From the IMG/VR virus record IMGVR_UViG_3300043078_000170: a stretch of 64,000 bases of DNA, one strand, 5' to 3'. Every line of letters begins with the position of its first letter. Positions within the stretch are counted from its first letter, which is position 1. Below the pieces are notes generated by a model that worked only from the letters and a program-made list of their open reading frames with translations, was not told the DNA's origin and made no database searches. The stretch comes from a virus (Duplodnaviria; Caudoviricetes). Positions 49,403-58,179 of the stretch are shown piece after piece. The position numbers were made by a program, and so were the translations under genes.

Positions 49403-50590
49403 ATGATTAAGAAAACTAGTAAACGCACATTTACTGAAATGATTACAGAAGCCGATGCAAACAATAATAAGGAGGAAACTAAAATGGCTGGAAAGAGAAT
49501 CACAAAGAAGGTTACTAGAACAATTGAACCTGTAGTAGACGAAATCGATGTAACAGAAGAAGATGTTATTGAAGTAACAAAGCCTGCTAAGACAATTACT
49601 AAGAAGCCTAAGACAATCAATAAGAAGATTGAAATTGATGAAGAAGATGATAATGAAGTAGAAGTAAATAATACTTCAGAAAATGAAGAAGATGAAGATA
49701 ATGATATTATTAATAATGAAGAAGGAGATGAAAATTCCTATGATCCAGAAGGTGAAGAAGATAATGAAGAATTTGAAGGAAACAATGAAAGCGAAGATTC
49801 AGATGAAGATTCAGTTAAAGAAGAAGTTGTAATTAATAAGCCTAAGACTACAACAAAGAAAACATCTGAAAAAGAAATCAGTAATAAGGAAGAAGATAAG
49901 ACTGATAAAGTAGACAATAAACCTAAGCCTAAGACTAAAAATACTGCTAATAAAATTAATAGAGATAAGCTTAATGCTTATAACAGATTAATGGACAATA
50001 TTAATGAAATCAGTAAGCTTCCTATGGCTGGACCTGAAAGAGGTCGTCGTCTTTATGACGAAGATTTTGAAGATACTAAGGTTGTTTCAACAAGAAAATC
50101 AAGCAAGGAAGAAAACCTTGATAGATTTGTTGAAGCTCTTGAACTTAATGGTTTAGACTATATCTTTGGAAAGGTTTCTACAGGTATTGGAAAGAGAAGA
50201 ATTGCTTCTCAGATCTATGAGAGCTTTGAAGAAGCTTTCCTTCGTTCAAGTTTCCTTGATAATAATGGATTTGTATTCCTTGGTGGTTATATTAACGTAG
50301 AACATGTTAATGCAAAGCTCTTTAAGAAATTTAAGGATGGTCCTATGAAGCATGACGTAATTAAGATGGAACATTATAAGATTAATACTGTAAATTGCAA
50401 TTACAATACTAGTCTTGGAAATAGCTATAAGACAAATGGTTCTTATGATATTTCAATTCCAGTTGATGATAATGAAGATGGAACAGTTACTATTGCTGAA
50501 GACAATCTCTTCTTCAAGAAGGGTGATGTTGTAACTATTAATGACGAAGGAAAGGTTGTTAAGGTTACTAAGAAGAAGACAACTAAGTAA
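49403..50590 (+). CDS. Lys/Thr- and Asp/Glu-rich protein with possible HU-like C-terminal domain
   Basis: disordered charged N-terminal half; ASQIYESFEEAF ... FVFLGGYINVEHVNAK weakly HU-like. Confidence 0.5.
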   Translation: MIKKTSKRTFTEMITEADANNNKEETKMAGKRITKKVTRTIEPVVDEIDVTEEDVIEVTKPAKTITKKPKTINKKIEIDEEDDNEVEVNNTSENEEDEDNDIINNEEGDENSYDPEGEEDNEEFEGNNESEDSDEDSVKEEVVINKPKTTTKKTSEKEISNKEEDKTDKVDNKPKPKTKNTANKINRDKLNAYNRLMDNINEISKLPMAGPERGRRLYDEDFEDTKVVSTRKSSKEENLDRFVEALELNGLDYIFGKVSTGIGKRRIASQIYESFEEAFLRSSFLDNNGFVFLGGYINVEHVNAKLFKKFKDGPMKHDVIKMEHYKINTVNCNYNTSLGNSYKTNGSYDISIPVDDNEDGTVTIAEDNLFFKKGDVVTINDEGKVVKVTKKKTTK

Positions 50591-50681
50591 GAATAATTTA
50601 TAAATAACAAAAAGTGATAAGATAGAAAGGAGAGATTATTAAAATCTCTCCTTTTTATTTTTTACATAGGAGGAAAAATAA

Positions 50682-51425
50682 ATGGCTATTTTTAATATTA
50701 TTTCAAATAATCAAATTCAAATTAATATGGTTGAGTTCATTAAAGGACAAATTCCAATTAATGAAAAATTTCCTAATCCAAATAGAGGAAGTAAATTTGT
50801 AAATGTCTTTGACAATATGGTAGGTCAAATTGAAGAAGAGATATATGAAACTAAAGAAGCTTTACACAAAAATGTAAAATTTAAAAGTTCTACTTATCAG
50901 ACGAATGAATCATTGGAAGAATTTGTTGATTCATTTATGTATATTGGTAGTTTACTTGTAGAAGCTGCTAATTATTTTAATGTAGATATTAATGAAATAC
51001 TTCTTGAAGAAAAGTTAAATTATGTAAATATTTATAATAATTATGTAAAAGATAATCTTAATGATAGATGTGTTCCACATGATGAATTTCTTTCTCATAT
51101 TCGTAGAAAGATTTATGATCGTAAATATCATAAAGAAGCTGGACCAGTTCCTGTTAATTATGATACAAAGATTATAAATAGTATTATTGTAGGTGGATTA
51201 CTTCCTAGAATGGGAGATAGTGATTCTTCATTTCATAATAAATATCTAGCTTATAAAATTCCAAAGTTTGTTGATAATATGAATCCTTTTATGCAAGATT
51301 TATTTTTCTGTTATGATAATGGATTCTGTAAATCAGATGATGAAAGAATTAAAACTATTCCAAAGAGAATTTCAACTTTAAATGATATTATTAATAAAAA
51401 GCAGAACTTTATTAGTTCTCTTTAA
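50682..51425 (+). CDS. all-alpha NTP pyrophosphatase-like (MazG/dimeric dUTPase family) protein
   Basis: QIEEEIYE ... SLEEFVDSFMY acidic helix motifs. Confidence 0.5.
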   Translation: MAIFNIISNNQIQINMVEFIKGQIPINEKFPNPNRGSKFVNVFDNMVGQIEEEIYETKEALHKNVKFKSSTYQTNESLEEFVDSFMYIGSLLVEAANYFNVDINEILLEEKLNYVNIYNNYVKDNLNDRCVPHDEFLSHIRRKIYDRKYHKEAGPVPVNYDTKIINSIIVGGLLPRMGDSDSSFHNKYLAYKIPKFVDNMNPFMQDLFFCYDNGFCKSDDERIKTIPKRISTLNDIINKKQNFISSL

Positions 51426-51437
51426 TTAATATATTAT

Positions 51438-51470
51438 CCCATAAGGCTTAAATTAATAAAGCCTTATGGG
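51438..51470 (+). terminator. intrinsic terminator
   Basis: CCCATAAGGCTT/AAGCCTTATGGG plus T run. Confidence 0.85.
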
Positions 51471-51508
51471 ATATTTTTTTTTTTGGTTTTGAGAAATTTC
51501 TATTTTTT

Positions 51509-51520
51509 AACAAGCATTTA
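51509..51520 (+). promoter_or_regulatory. late-type promoter AACA-N6-TA
   Basis: AACA-AGCATT-TA upstream of giant tail protein. Confidence 0.75.
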
Positions 51521-51564
51521 TACTTATTTTATATAAATTATTTTAAGAAAGGAAGTGAAATTAA

Positions 51565-54500
51565 ATGGCTGGTTATAAATCTAGTAAAGAATTGTTAGAC
51601 AAAGGAAAAAACAATTTAAAAGAAATGTCTGGACAAAATAAAGATTTAAATGAAACTATCGCTAGTTATTCTGAAGAGGAAACAAGATTAAATGCTCCTA
51701 CAAGTTCTAGAATGCAAGCAATAGCTGTTAGTGAAAAATTTATAAGTTCATTACAAGAAACTTCATCTTTAATAGAACAAACTAATTCTAGTTTAGTTGG
51801 TTTTAAAAGTGCTTTAGAAGGTGTTGCTTCACAAGCTACAACAGCTACAAATTGTTTATTAGCTTCTAGCTTAGTAAGCTTAACTCAAATTAATAGTGTA
51901 TTAAGTGCTTTTAGAGCAGATTTCTTAATAAATAGCTCTGGTGGAAAAGCTGATGGTACAGGTTATTATGATAAAAATCTTTTAACACAATCTTTAAGAG
52001 ATATTAAAATACAAGATAGAGCAGTATTATCAATATTAAAATATGTAAATAAAGCTGCTAATTATGCTAATAAATCTTCAAATACTGTTAGAAGCCAACT
52101 TGGTAATAATACTATGGCTAAAGATGATGATGATGAATCAAATGGTATTATGGATAAACTACTTGGTGGTCTAACTCAAGCAAAAGGTCTTGCAGGATTA
52201 GGAGCATTTCTACAATTAGCTCCAGGAAAAGGTAAAGTAGGTAAAGCTTTAAATAAAATAGGCGGTAAAGCTGCTAATTTTGCACAAGCTGATACATCTA
52301 GTATAGGTGGATTACTTGAATCATTAATGTCTGATAAACAAAAAGCACAAATACTTGATCCTTTAAAATCTCTTGGTATGGATTTAGGTAATAAAAATGA
52401 CCCTTTAAGCCAAATGCTTGGAGATTTTATGAAAAAGAATGGTCTTTCTAAATCTAAAAAAGAAAAAGAAAAAGACCCTAAATTAGTAATGACATCATTA
52501 GCTCCTTTTGCAGATGATATTAAAGATATGGTTGAAGTAAAAGTAAAAGCTATGCATGCTAGACCAACTTCAATACCTGATTATGCAACTCCTGTATGGG
52601 TTGTTAATAGTGAAGAACAAACAGACTATGTAAAAAATAAAGATAAAACTAAAGATAAAGAATTAACTAATAAAAGAATTGATGAAATATTCCAAGGTGT
52701 TGCCAATAATACTAAAGATAAATTTGGTAATGATTTATTAACTGCTAACTACGGAGAAAATGGTGTTACATATTCTGGTGTATTAGCTGATAAATATAGT
52801 AAAGGTAAAAAAGCTGTTAATGCTAGAAATGAATTAAATGATAAACAAAAAGCATCACAGAAAAAAGTTTATGACAGAAACCATGAAGAATCTAGCTGGA
52901 TAGATGAAAATGGTAAAATACAAAAAGGTGGAGGAGATTTTAAACAAGCAGCTGAAGAATTTAGTAAAAGTAGAGGTGCTGCTGATAACTCTGGTATTTT
53001 AGGTGCAGCAGGTAGTTTACTAAGTGGTGATACTGAAGGAGCTTTGAATGTAGCATTACAAAGTATAATGAGCGGTGATGGTATCTCTGGTGCTTTTGGT
53101 TATGGTAAAGGTTTATTTAATTTAGGAAAATCTGCTTTTGGTGGCATTAAAGGTTCACATAAAGGTGGTAAAAAGAAAGGAACTGGTAGTAAACCATATT
53201 TAGTACAAGTTCATGATAATGAAAGAATTCTTGGACCAGATAATGTAGCTGAACAAACTGCAATAAATGATACATCTAAAATACTCGGTATGACAATTGG
53301 TATGTTAAACTATGGTATTTCATTAACACAAATGAAAAATCAGTTATTTATTAAATATGTCAATAAAGAGAAATTTTCTCCTGAAGAATTACAAACTAAT
53401 AATGAATTATTAGGTGCAGATGCTATTGCACAAATAGGTAAAGTATCTGATGCTTCTGAATATTTAAGAACTATTTCAGATTTAAAACAAAAATTATCTG
53501 GTAAGAAACAAGATAGACAACTTGCAGAAAAACTTGATGATGGAAAACAAGAAAAAAAGAAATCTTTAAAAGATATAGTTAAAGAAAAATTAAAAGATGC
53601 TGAAAAAAAATTAAAAGATAAAGTTCAAGACTTCTTAGGTCTAAAAGAAGAAGAGGAGAAAAAAGATGAAGAAGATAAAGAGAAAAAAGTAGATGAGAAA
53701 AAAGATGAAATAGATCAACAATCTGATGCAGAAGTCTCTGAATATCAAGAAGAAAAAGCACAAGAAGTAGAAGATCAAAAAGAAGAAGTTGAAAAAAATG
53801 CACAAGCACAAGTTGCTGCAAACCAAGAAAAAATAGATCAACAAGTAGAAGATCAAGAAAAAGCACAAGAACAAGAAGGACAAGCACAAGTTGCTGCAAA
53901 CCAAGAAAGAATAAATCAAGATGTTAAGCAAAAAATTGAAGAAGATAATGAAAATGCTGAAGAAAGAAAGAAAATAATTGATAAATATGAAAATAAAATT
54001 AATGAAGTTGAGAAAAAAAGTAAAATGAAAGCTTTAAAAATAAAAATTAAAGGAACTAAAAAAGCATTAAAAGAAAAAATGAAAGGTGTTAAAGAAGCTT
54101 TTAATCTTTCAATGTTAGCTAATATTGATTTAAGTAATCTTAGTATTGATGGCATAAAAGAAATAATAAAAGATAAAATAAATGATATTAAAAGAAGTTT
54201 AATAAATAAATTAAAAGCAAAAGCTAAAATTATTCTTAAAAGTTTAACAAAGAAAAATCTTATAGAAACATTAAAAACTGAAAAGACTAATTTACTTGAA
54301 CGTATTAAAGGTATGGCTCATAATGCATCCGATATTATAGAAACTATTGGTACTGGTATGGGTGCAGCAGTAGATGCTTTAGAAGCAGTTCCTATAGCAG
54401 GTCCAGCCTTAAAATTAGCAGCAGGTATTGCAGCAGGCACAGCAGTTGCAGGAATTGGTTTAGCAATTAAAAAAGCTATTGATAAGGGTAAAGAAGCTAA

Positions 54501-57500
54501 TGTAAATGCAGATAAAGAAACTAAAAAATTTGAAAAATCAGCGGATAAAGAAAAAAAGAAAGCAGAAAAAGAACAAGAGAAAAAAGATAAAGAAAAAGAA
54601 AAAGAAGAAAATTCTAAAGCTAAAGCTTCAACAACTCAAGAAAAAGAAAAAGATGATAAAGATATAGATAAAACTAAAGATGAATTAGATAAATTTAAAA
54701 CTGATGATGAAAAAAATGGAAAAGCTAAACCTCATAAAAAAGGTGGTTTATTAGGTGCTTTGCTTGGTGGACCAAAAAATGATTTATTACATTATTTAAA
54801 TAAAAATCAAATAAAAGCTTTAGAAACAGGTTCTAAAAGCAAATTTGCTAATTTAATGCTAAAAGATCCTAAAAAAGCAGCAAATATTATATTTATGCTT
54901 AATGGTGGACCAATGCTTTTAGGGTTTAAAGATACTAAAACAGAAGATTTAAATAATCTTGAGAGTGTTACAGCTACCAATTCTAATTCAAACTCTAGTT
55001 CTAGTAGTAAAAATACTATTTGGTCTAAATTAAAAAATAAACTTAGTCAAAAGAAATTACTTTCTGATGATTTAAGTGATGAAGGATATTCTCAGAATAT
55101 TGAAACTGCTGCTTTACAATATGAACAAACTAAAAATAGTGCTAATATAATTTCTGCTTTTGCTAGTGGATTAGGTTTTGCAAAATTAGAAGATGACTCA
55201 GGAACTTCACTATTTACAACAACTATTAGAAAAACAGCACAGCAAGAAGCTTTAACTAAAAACTTAGGAACAGCAACTGCTGCTTCTACAACTTCAACTG
55301 GTACAACTGCTGCTTCTACAACTTCAACTGATGATGATAGTAGCTCTTCAGACAATCGATTTAATGGTAGTAAATATATTGGCTATGATGAGGATGGTAC
55401 TTGGAGTAATAGTACTACTAATAGTGATATTGATAGTAGTGGTTATTTTTCTAAAAGTAATTCTTCATCGTCAAAAACTTTAGTTACAAAAATATTAAAT
55501 AATAACTGGCTTAAATATAAAAATGATAATAATATAACTGATACTACAACAACTAATGGTAGTTCTTATCCTAGAAAATTTTTAAATTCTGAATATGATA
55601 AAATGTATACTGCATTTATTAGTGGTGTTCCTTTTAGTGGAACAACTTCTAAAAATTATATGCATTCTAAATTAGCAAGTTCTATTAGTGAATCAGATGC
55701 TTGGACTGTTCCAGATTCTATTAAAAACTCAGATACAGAAAAAAATGCTGTAAGAGATTATATAAATAAAAAATCTGGAGTTAAATACACTAAATATGGT
55801 TTAGGTATTTCTGGGTTATATGGATTAGGTGATGAAAATGATGAAGACTTCTTAGATGCTTCAGGATATGCTCTTTCTAAAGGTTACAAAGAAAAAGATG
55901 GTGGTACTTACCCTCAATTCTTTACAGACTATCTTAAAAAAGATAATATCGAAGTAGAAAATGCTGGAAGTGTTAATAAAATAAAAAATAGATTAGCTAG
56001 TGGTAGTCCAGTAATTCTTATGGGTAAAGATGAATCAGAAAATGGTACAACTCCTTATGGAGCAGAACCTCACTATGTAGTAGCTACTGGATATGACGGT
56101 AAAAATATTAGAGTAGTTGACTCTGAAAGTACTAATGATTATGATATTTATAATGCCGATAAGGTATTAAGTCATTCATCAATTAAATTAGGAACTACTA
56201 ATAGTAAAAAAGGTAAAGGAAGAAAAGTTAGAAGTAAATCTGGAAGAGCTAGAAAAACTTCAAAAAATAAAAAATATGATAATAAAAGAACAGTTGGTGG
56301 TTCTAGAACATATAGTACAACTATAATAAAATCTGCTTCTGATTACGGTACTTCAAGTTCTTCAAAAATTTCTAATAATTATTCAAAACAAAATAATTCT
56401 TCTAGAAGAGTTAGTAATAATAGAAGAAAGAGTTATTTAAAATCAGGGAAAGGAAAATATGGAAGAGGTTATGTTGAACAAATTAATGCAAATCCAGAAT
56501 TATTAAAAGGTGCTCAAGATGGTTGGACTATGTATGGTATCTTAGCATCAGTAACATTAGCACAGTCTATTATTGAATCTGGTTTTGGTACTTCTAATTT
56601 AGCAAAGAATTATCATAACTGGTTTGGACATACTGCTGGATTCGCTAGTGATAAATATATGACTGGTACATATCAAGGATCACATGAATGGGCTGTATAT
56701 ACTTCTGATGGCGACTGCTTTAGAGACCATGCTTATGTATTATCAGGTCAATCAGGTAACACTAGATACATGGCTGCAGTAGGTGAAGCAGATCCTAGAG
56801 CTTCTATTACAGCAATTGAAAATGGTGGTTATTGTGAAGGTGATCCAAATTCTTATATTGATAAAGTAATGAATATTATTGATAGTTATAATTTAACTCA
56901 ATTCGATGTAGGTGAATATAATGGTGTTGCAGCAGGCAGTGGAGCAGTAGTTTATTCTAAGACTTGTTGGACTGGTGACTCACGTACAGAACAAATGGCT
57001 AATTACTTTAGTGATTTAGAAGTATACGCTACAAAAGGTGGACAAACTATTGATTACTTTAATCAACATTATTCAGAAATTTCTGATAAAGAAGGTTATA
57101 ATATTTTCTGTTGGTATGGTGTAAATGGTGCAACAGCATCTGGAGCACAAAAGACAGCAGAAGCTTATAATAAATTAGCTACAGATTTAAAAGGTAAATC
57201 ACAAGTATTCGCTGGTACTATTGGTCATTGTCCTAATGGTACAGGAAGTGGTAAAGTAGAAGGCGGTGCAGGTCAATCTATTGAAACACAAAATGAAGGT
57301 GTTGTTACATTCAATACTGAATTATTACAGAATCTTTCAAGTGATATTATAGTTATTGATACTTATACTTATATTAAAAGTCTTGAAGATAGTATGGGTG
57401 CAGAAGCCATGACTACAGATAACTTACATTATACTAAAGAATGTAGCCAGAAAATTAGAGAATATGTAAATCAACAAATTCAAGCAGCTTCGGCAACAAC

Positions 57501-58155
57501 TACTACGGCTACTTCAGATGCAGGTGTTGCTATTGGTGATTTATATGTAACATTAGAAGGTTATGTTGATGCTAAAGATATTTTATCACAGTATGCTTCT
57601 GGAGATGATATATGGGATGGTGTTTCATCTTATAATTATGCAGATAGTTCTGATTATACATCTACTGCTGCTGCAAATTATGATCCAACAAGTAGTAGTG
57701 AAGATGACGAAACATCTACCGCAACTCCAACAGCTTCTAGCAGTTCTTCATCTACACCAACATCTAGTAGTACACCTTCTTCTAGTGATAGCACTTCTAG
57801 TTCTACTAGTAGTAGTACACCTTCTTCTAGCGGTAGTACTTCTGGTTCTACTAATAATCCTACTACAACAACTACTACTACAACTCCAACAGTATCTACG
57901 CCAACTGATAGCAATACATCTACAGAAATATATCAAAGTAATGGTACATTATATGTAGTAAATAATATTGAATATGGAATTAAAGCTAATATAGCAGATA
58001 TTCTAAAAGAATTTAATGAATTAAATGATATACAAGATGATAGTTTAGATGTATTAAATGTAATATATCAAAAATTATTAAAACGTAATGGAAAAAGTAA
58101 AAATACAAAAATTGATGGTTATGACTATTCTTTAAAGTATAGAAGATTCGTATAA
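51565..58155 (+). CDS. giant tail/tape-measure-like protein with C39-like His half, GH73 glucosaminidase and SGNH hydrolase domains
   Basis: PVILMG..PHYVVATGYD..VVDS; TLAQSIIESGFG..NWFG; TGDSRT, GVNG, DNLHY. Confidence 0.8.
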   Translation: MAGYKSSKELLDKGKNNLKEMSGQNKDLNETIASYSEEETRLNAPTSSRMQAIAVSEKFISSLQETSSLIEQTNSSLVGFKSALEGVASQATTATNCLLASSLVSLTQINSVLSAFRADFLINSSGGKADGTGYYDKNLLTQSLRDIKIQDRAVLSILKYVNKAANYANKSSNTVRSQLGNNTMAKDDDDESNGIMDKLLGGLTQAKGLAGLGAFLQLAPGKGKVGKALNKIGGKAANFAQADTSSIGGLLESLMSDKQKAQILDPLKSLGMDLGNKNDPLSQMLGDFMKKNGLSKSKKEKEKDPKLVMTSLAPFADDIKDMVEVKVKAMHARPTSIPDYATPVWVVNSEEQTDYVKNKDKTKDKELTNKRIDEIFQGVANNTKDKFGNDLLTANYGENGVTYSGVLADKYSKGKKAVNARNELNDKQKASQKKVYDRNHEESSWIDENGKIQKGGGDFKQAAEEFSKSRGAADNSGILGAAGSLLSGDTEGALNVALQSIMSGDGISGAFGYGKGLFNLGKSAFGGIKGSHKGGKKKGTGSKPYLVQVHDNERILGPDNVAEQTAINDTSKILGMTIGMLNYGISLTQMKNQLFIKYVNKEKFSPEELQTNNELLGADAIAQIGKVSDASEYLRTISDLKQKLSGKKQDRQLAEKLDDGKQEKKKSLKDIVKEKLKDAEKKLKDKVQDFLGLKEEEEKKDEEDKEKKVDEKKDEIDQQSDAEVSEYQEEKAQEVEDQKEEVEKNAQAQVAANQEKIDQQVEDQEKAQEQEGQAQVAANQERINQDVKQKIEEDNENAEERKKIIDKYENKINEVEKKSKMKALKIKIKGTKKALKEKMKGVKEAFNLSMLANIDLSNLSIDGIKEIIKDKINDIKRSLINKLKAKAKIILKSLTKKNLIETLKTEKTNLLERIKGMAHNASDIIETIGTGMGAAVDALEAVPIAGPALKLAAGIAAGTAVAGIGLAIKKAIDKGKEANVNADKETKKFEKSADKEKKKAEKEQEKKDKEKEKEENSKAKASTTQEKEKDDKDIDKTKDELDKFKTDDEKNGKAKPHKKGGLLGALLGGPKNDLLHYLNKNQIKALETGSKSKFANLMLKDPKKAANIIFMLNGGPMLLGFKDTKTEDLNNLESVTATNSNSNSSSSSKNTIWSKLKNKLSQKKLLSDDLSDEGYSQNIETAALQYEQTKNSANIISAFASGLGFAKLEDDSGTSLFTTTIRKTAQQEALTKNLGTATAASTTSTGTTAASTTSTDDDSSSSDNRFNGSKYIGYDEDGTWSNSTTNSDIDSSGYFSKSNSSSSKTLVTKILNNNWLKYKNDNNITDTTTTNGSSYPRKFLNSEYDKMYTAFISGVPFSGTTSKNYMHSKLASSISESDAWTVPDSIKNSDTEKNAVRDYINKKSGVKYTKYGLGISGLYGLGDENDEDFLDASGYALSKGYKEKDGGTYPQFFTDYLKKDNIEVENAGSVNKIKNRLASGSPVILMGKDESENGTTPYGAEPHYVVATGYDGKNIRVVDSESTNDYDIYNADKVLSHSSIKLGTTNSKKGKGRKVRSKSGRARKTSKNKKYDNKRTVGGSRTYSTTIIKSASDYGTSSSSKISNNYSKQNNSSRRVSNNRRKSYLKSGKGKYGRGYVEQINANPELLKGAQDGWTMYGILASVTLAQSIIESGFGTSNLAKNYHNWFGHTAGFASDKYMTGTYQGSHEWAVYTSDGDCFRDHAYVLSGQSGNTRYMAAVGEADPRASITAIENGGYCEGDPNSYIDKVMNIIDSYNLTQFDVGEYNGVAAGSGAVVYSKTCWTGDSRTEQMANYFSDLEVYATKGGQTIDYFNQHYSEISDKEGYNIFCWYGVNGATASGAQKTAEAYNKLATDLKGKSQVFAGTIGHCPNGTGSGKVEGGAGQSIETQNEGVVTFNTELLQNLSSDIIVIDTYTYIKSLEDSMGAEAMTTDNLHYTKECSQKIREYVNQQIQAASATTTTATSDAGVAIGDLYVTLEGYVDAKDILSQYASGDDIWDGVSSYNYADSSDYTSTAAANYDPTSSSEDDETSTATPTASSSSSSTPTSSSTPSSSDSTSSSTSSSTPSSSGSTSGSTNNPTTTTTTTTPTVSTPTDSNTSTEIYQSNGTLYVVNNIEYGIKANIADILKEFNELNDIQDDSLDVLNVIYQKLLKRNGKSKNTKIDGYDYSLKYRRFV
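52240..52352 (+). repeat. 113-nt exact repeat shared by the two giant paralogs (other copy 58888-59000)
   Basis: base-by-base comparison. Confidence 0.9.
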
Positions 58156-58179
58156 TTATTGAGATAGGAGTGATAAGAT

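Noticed and set aside
55274-55330. Short tandem duplication (TAASTTST twice) and Ser/Thr tracts
   Set aside because: Ordinary low-complexity linker expansion.
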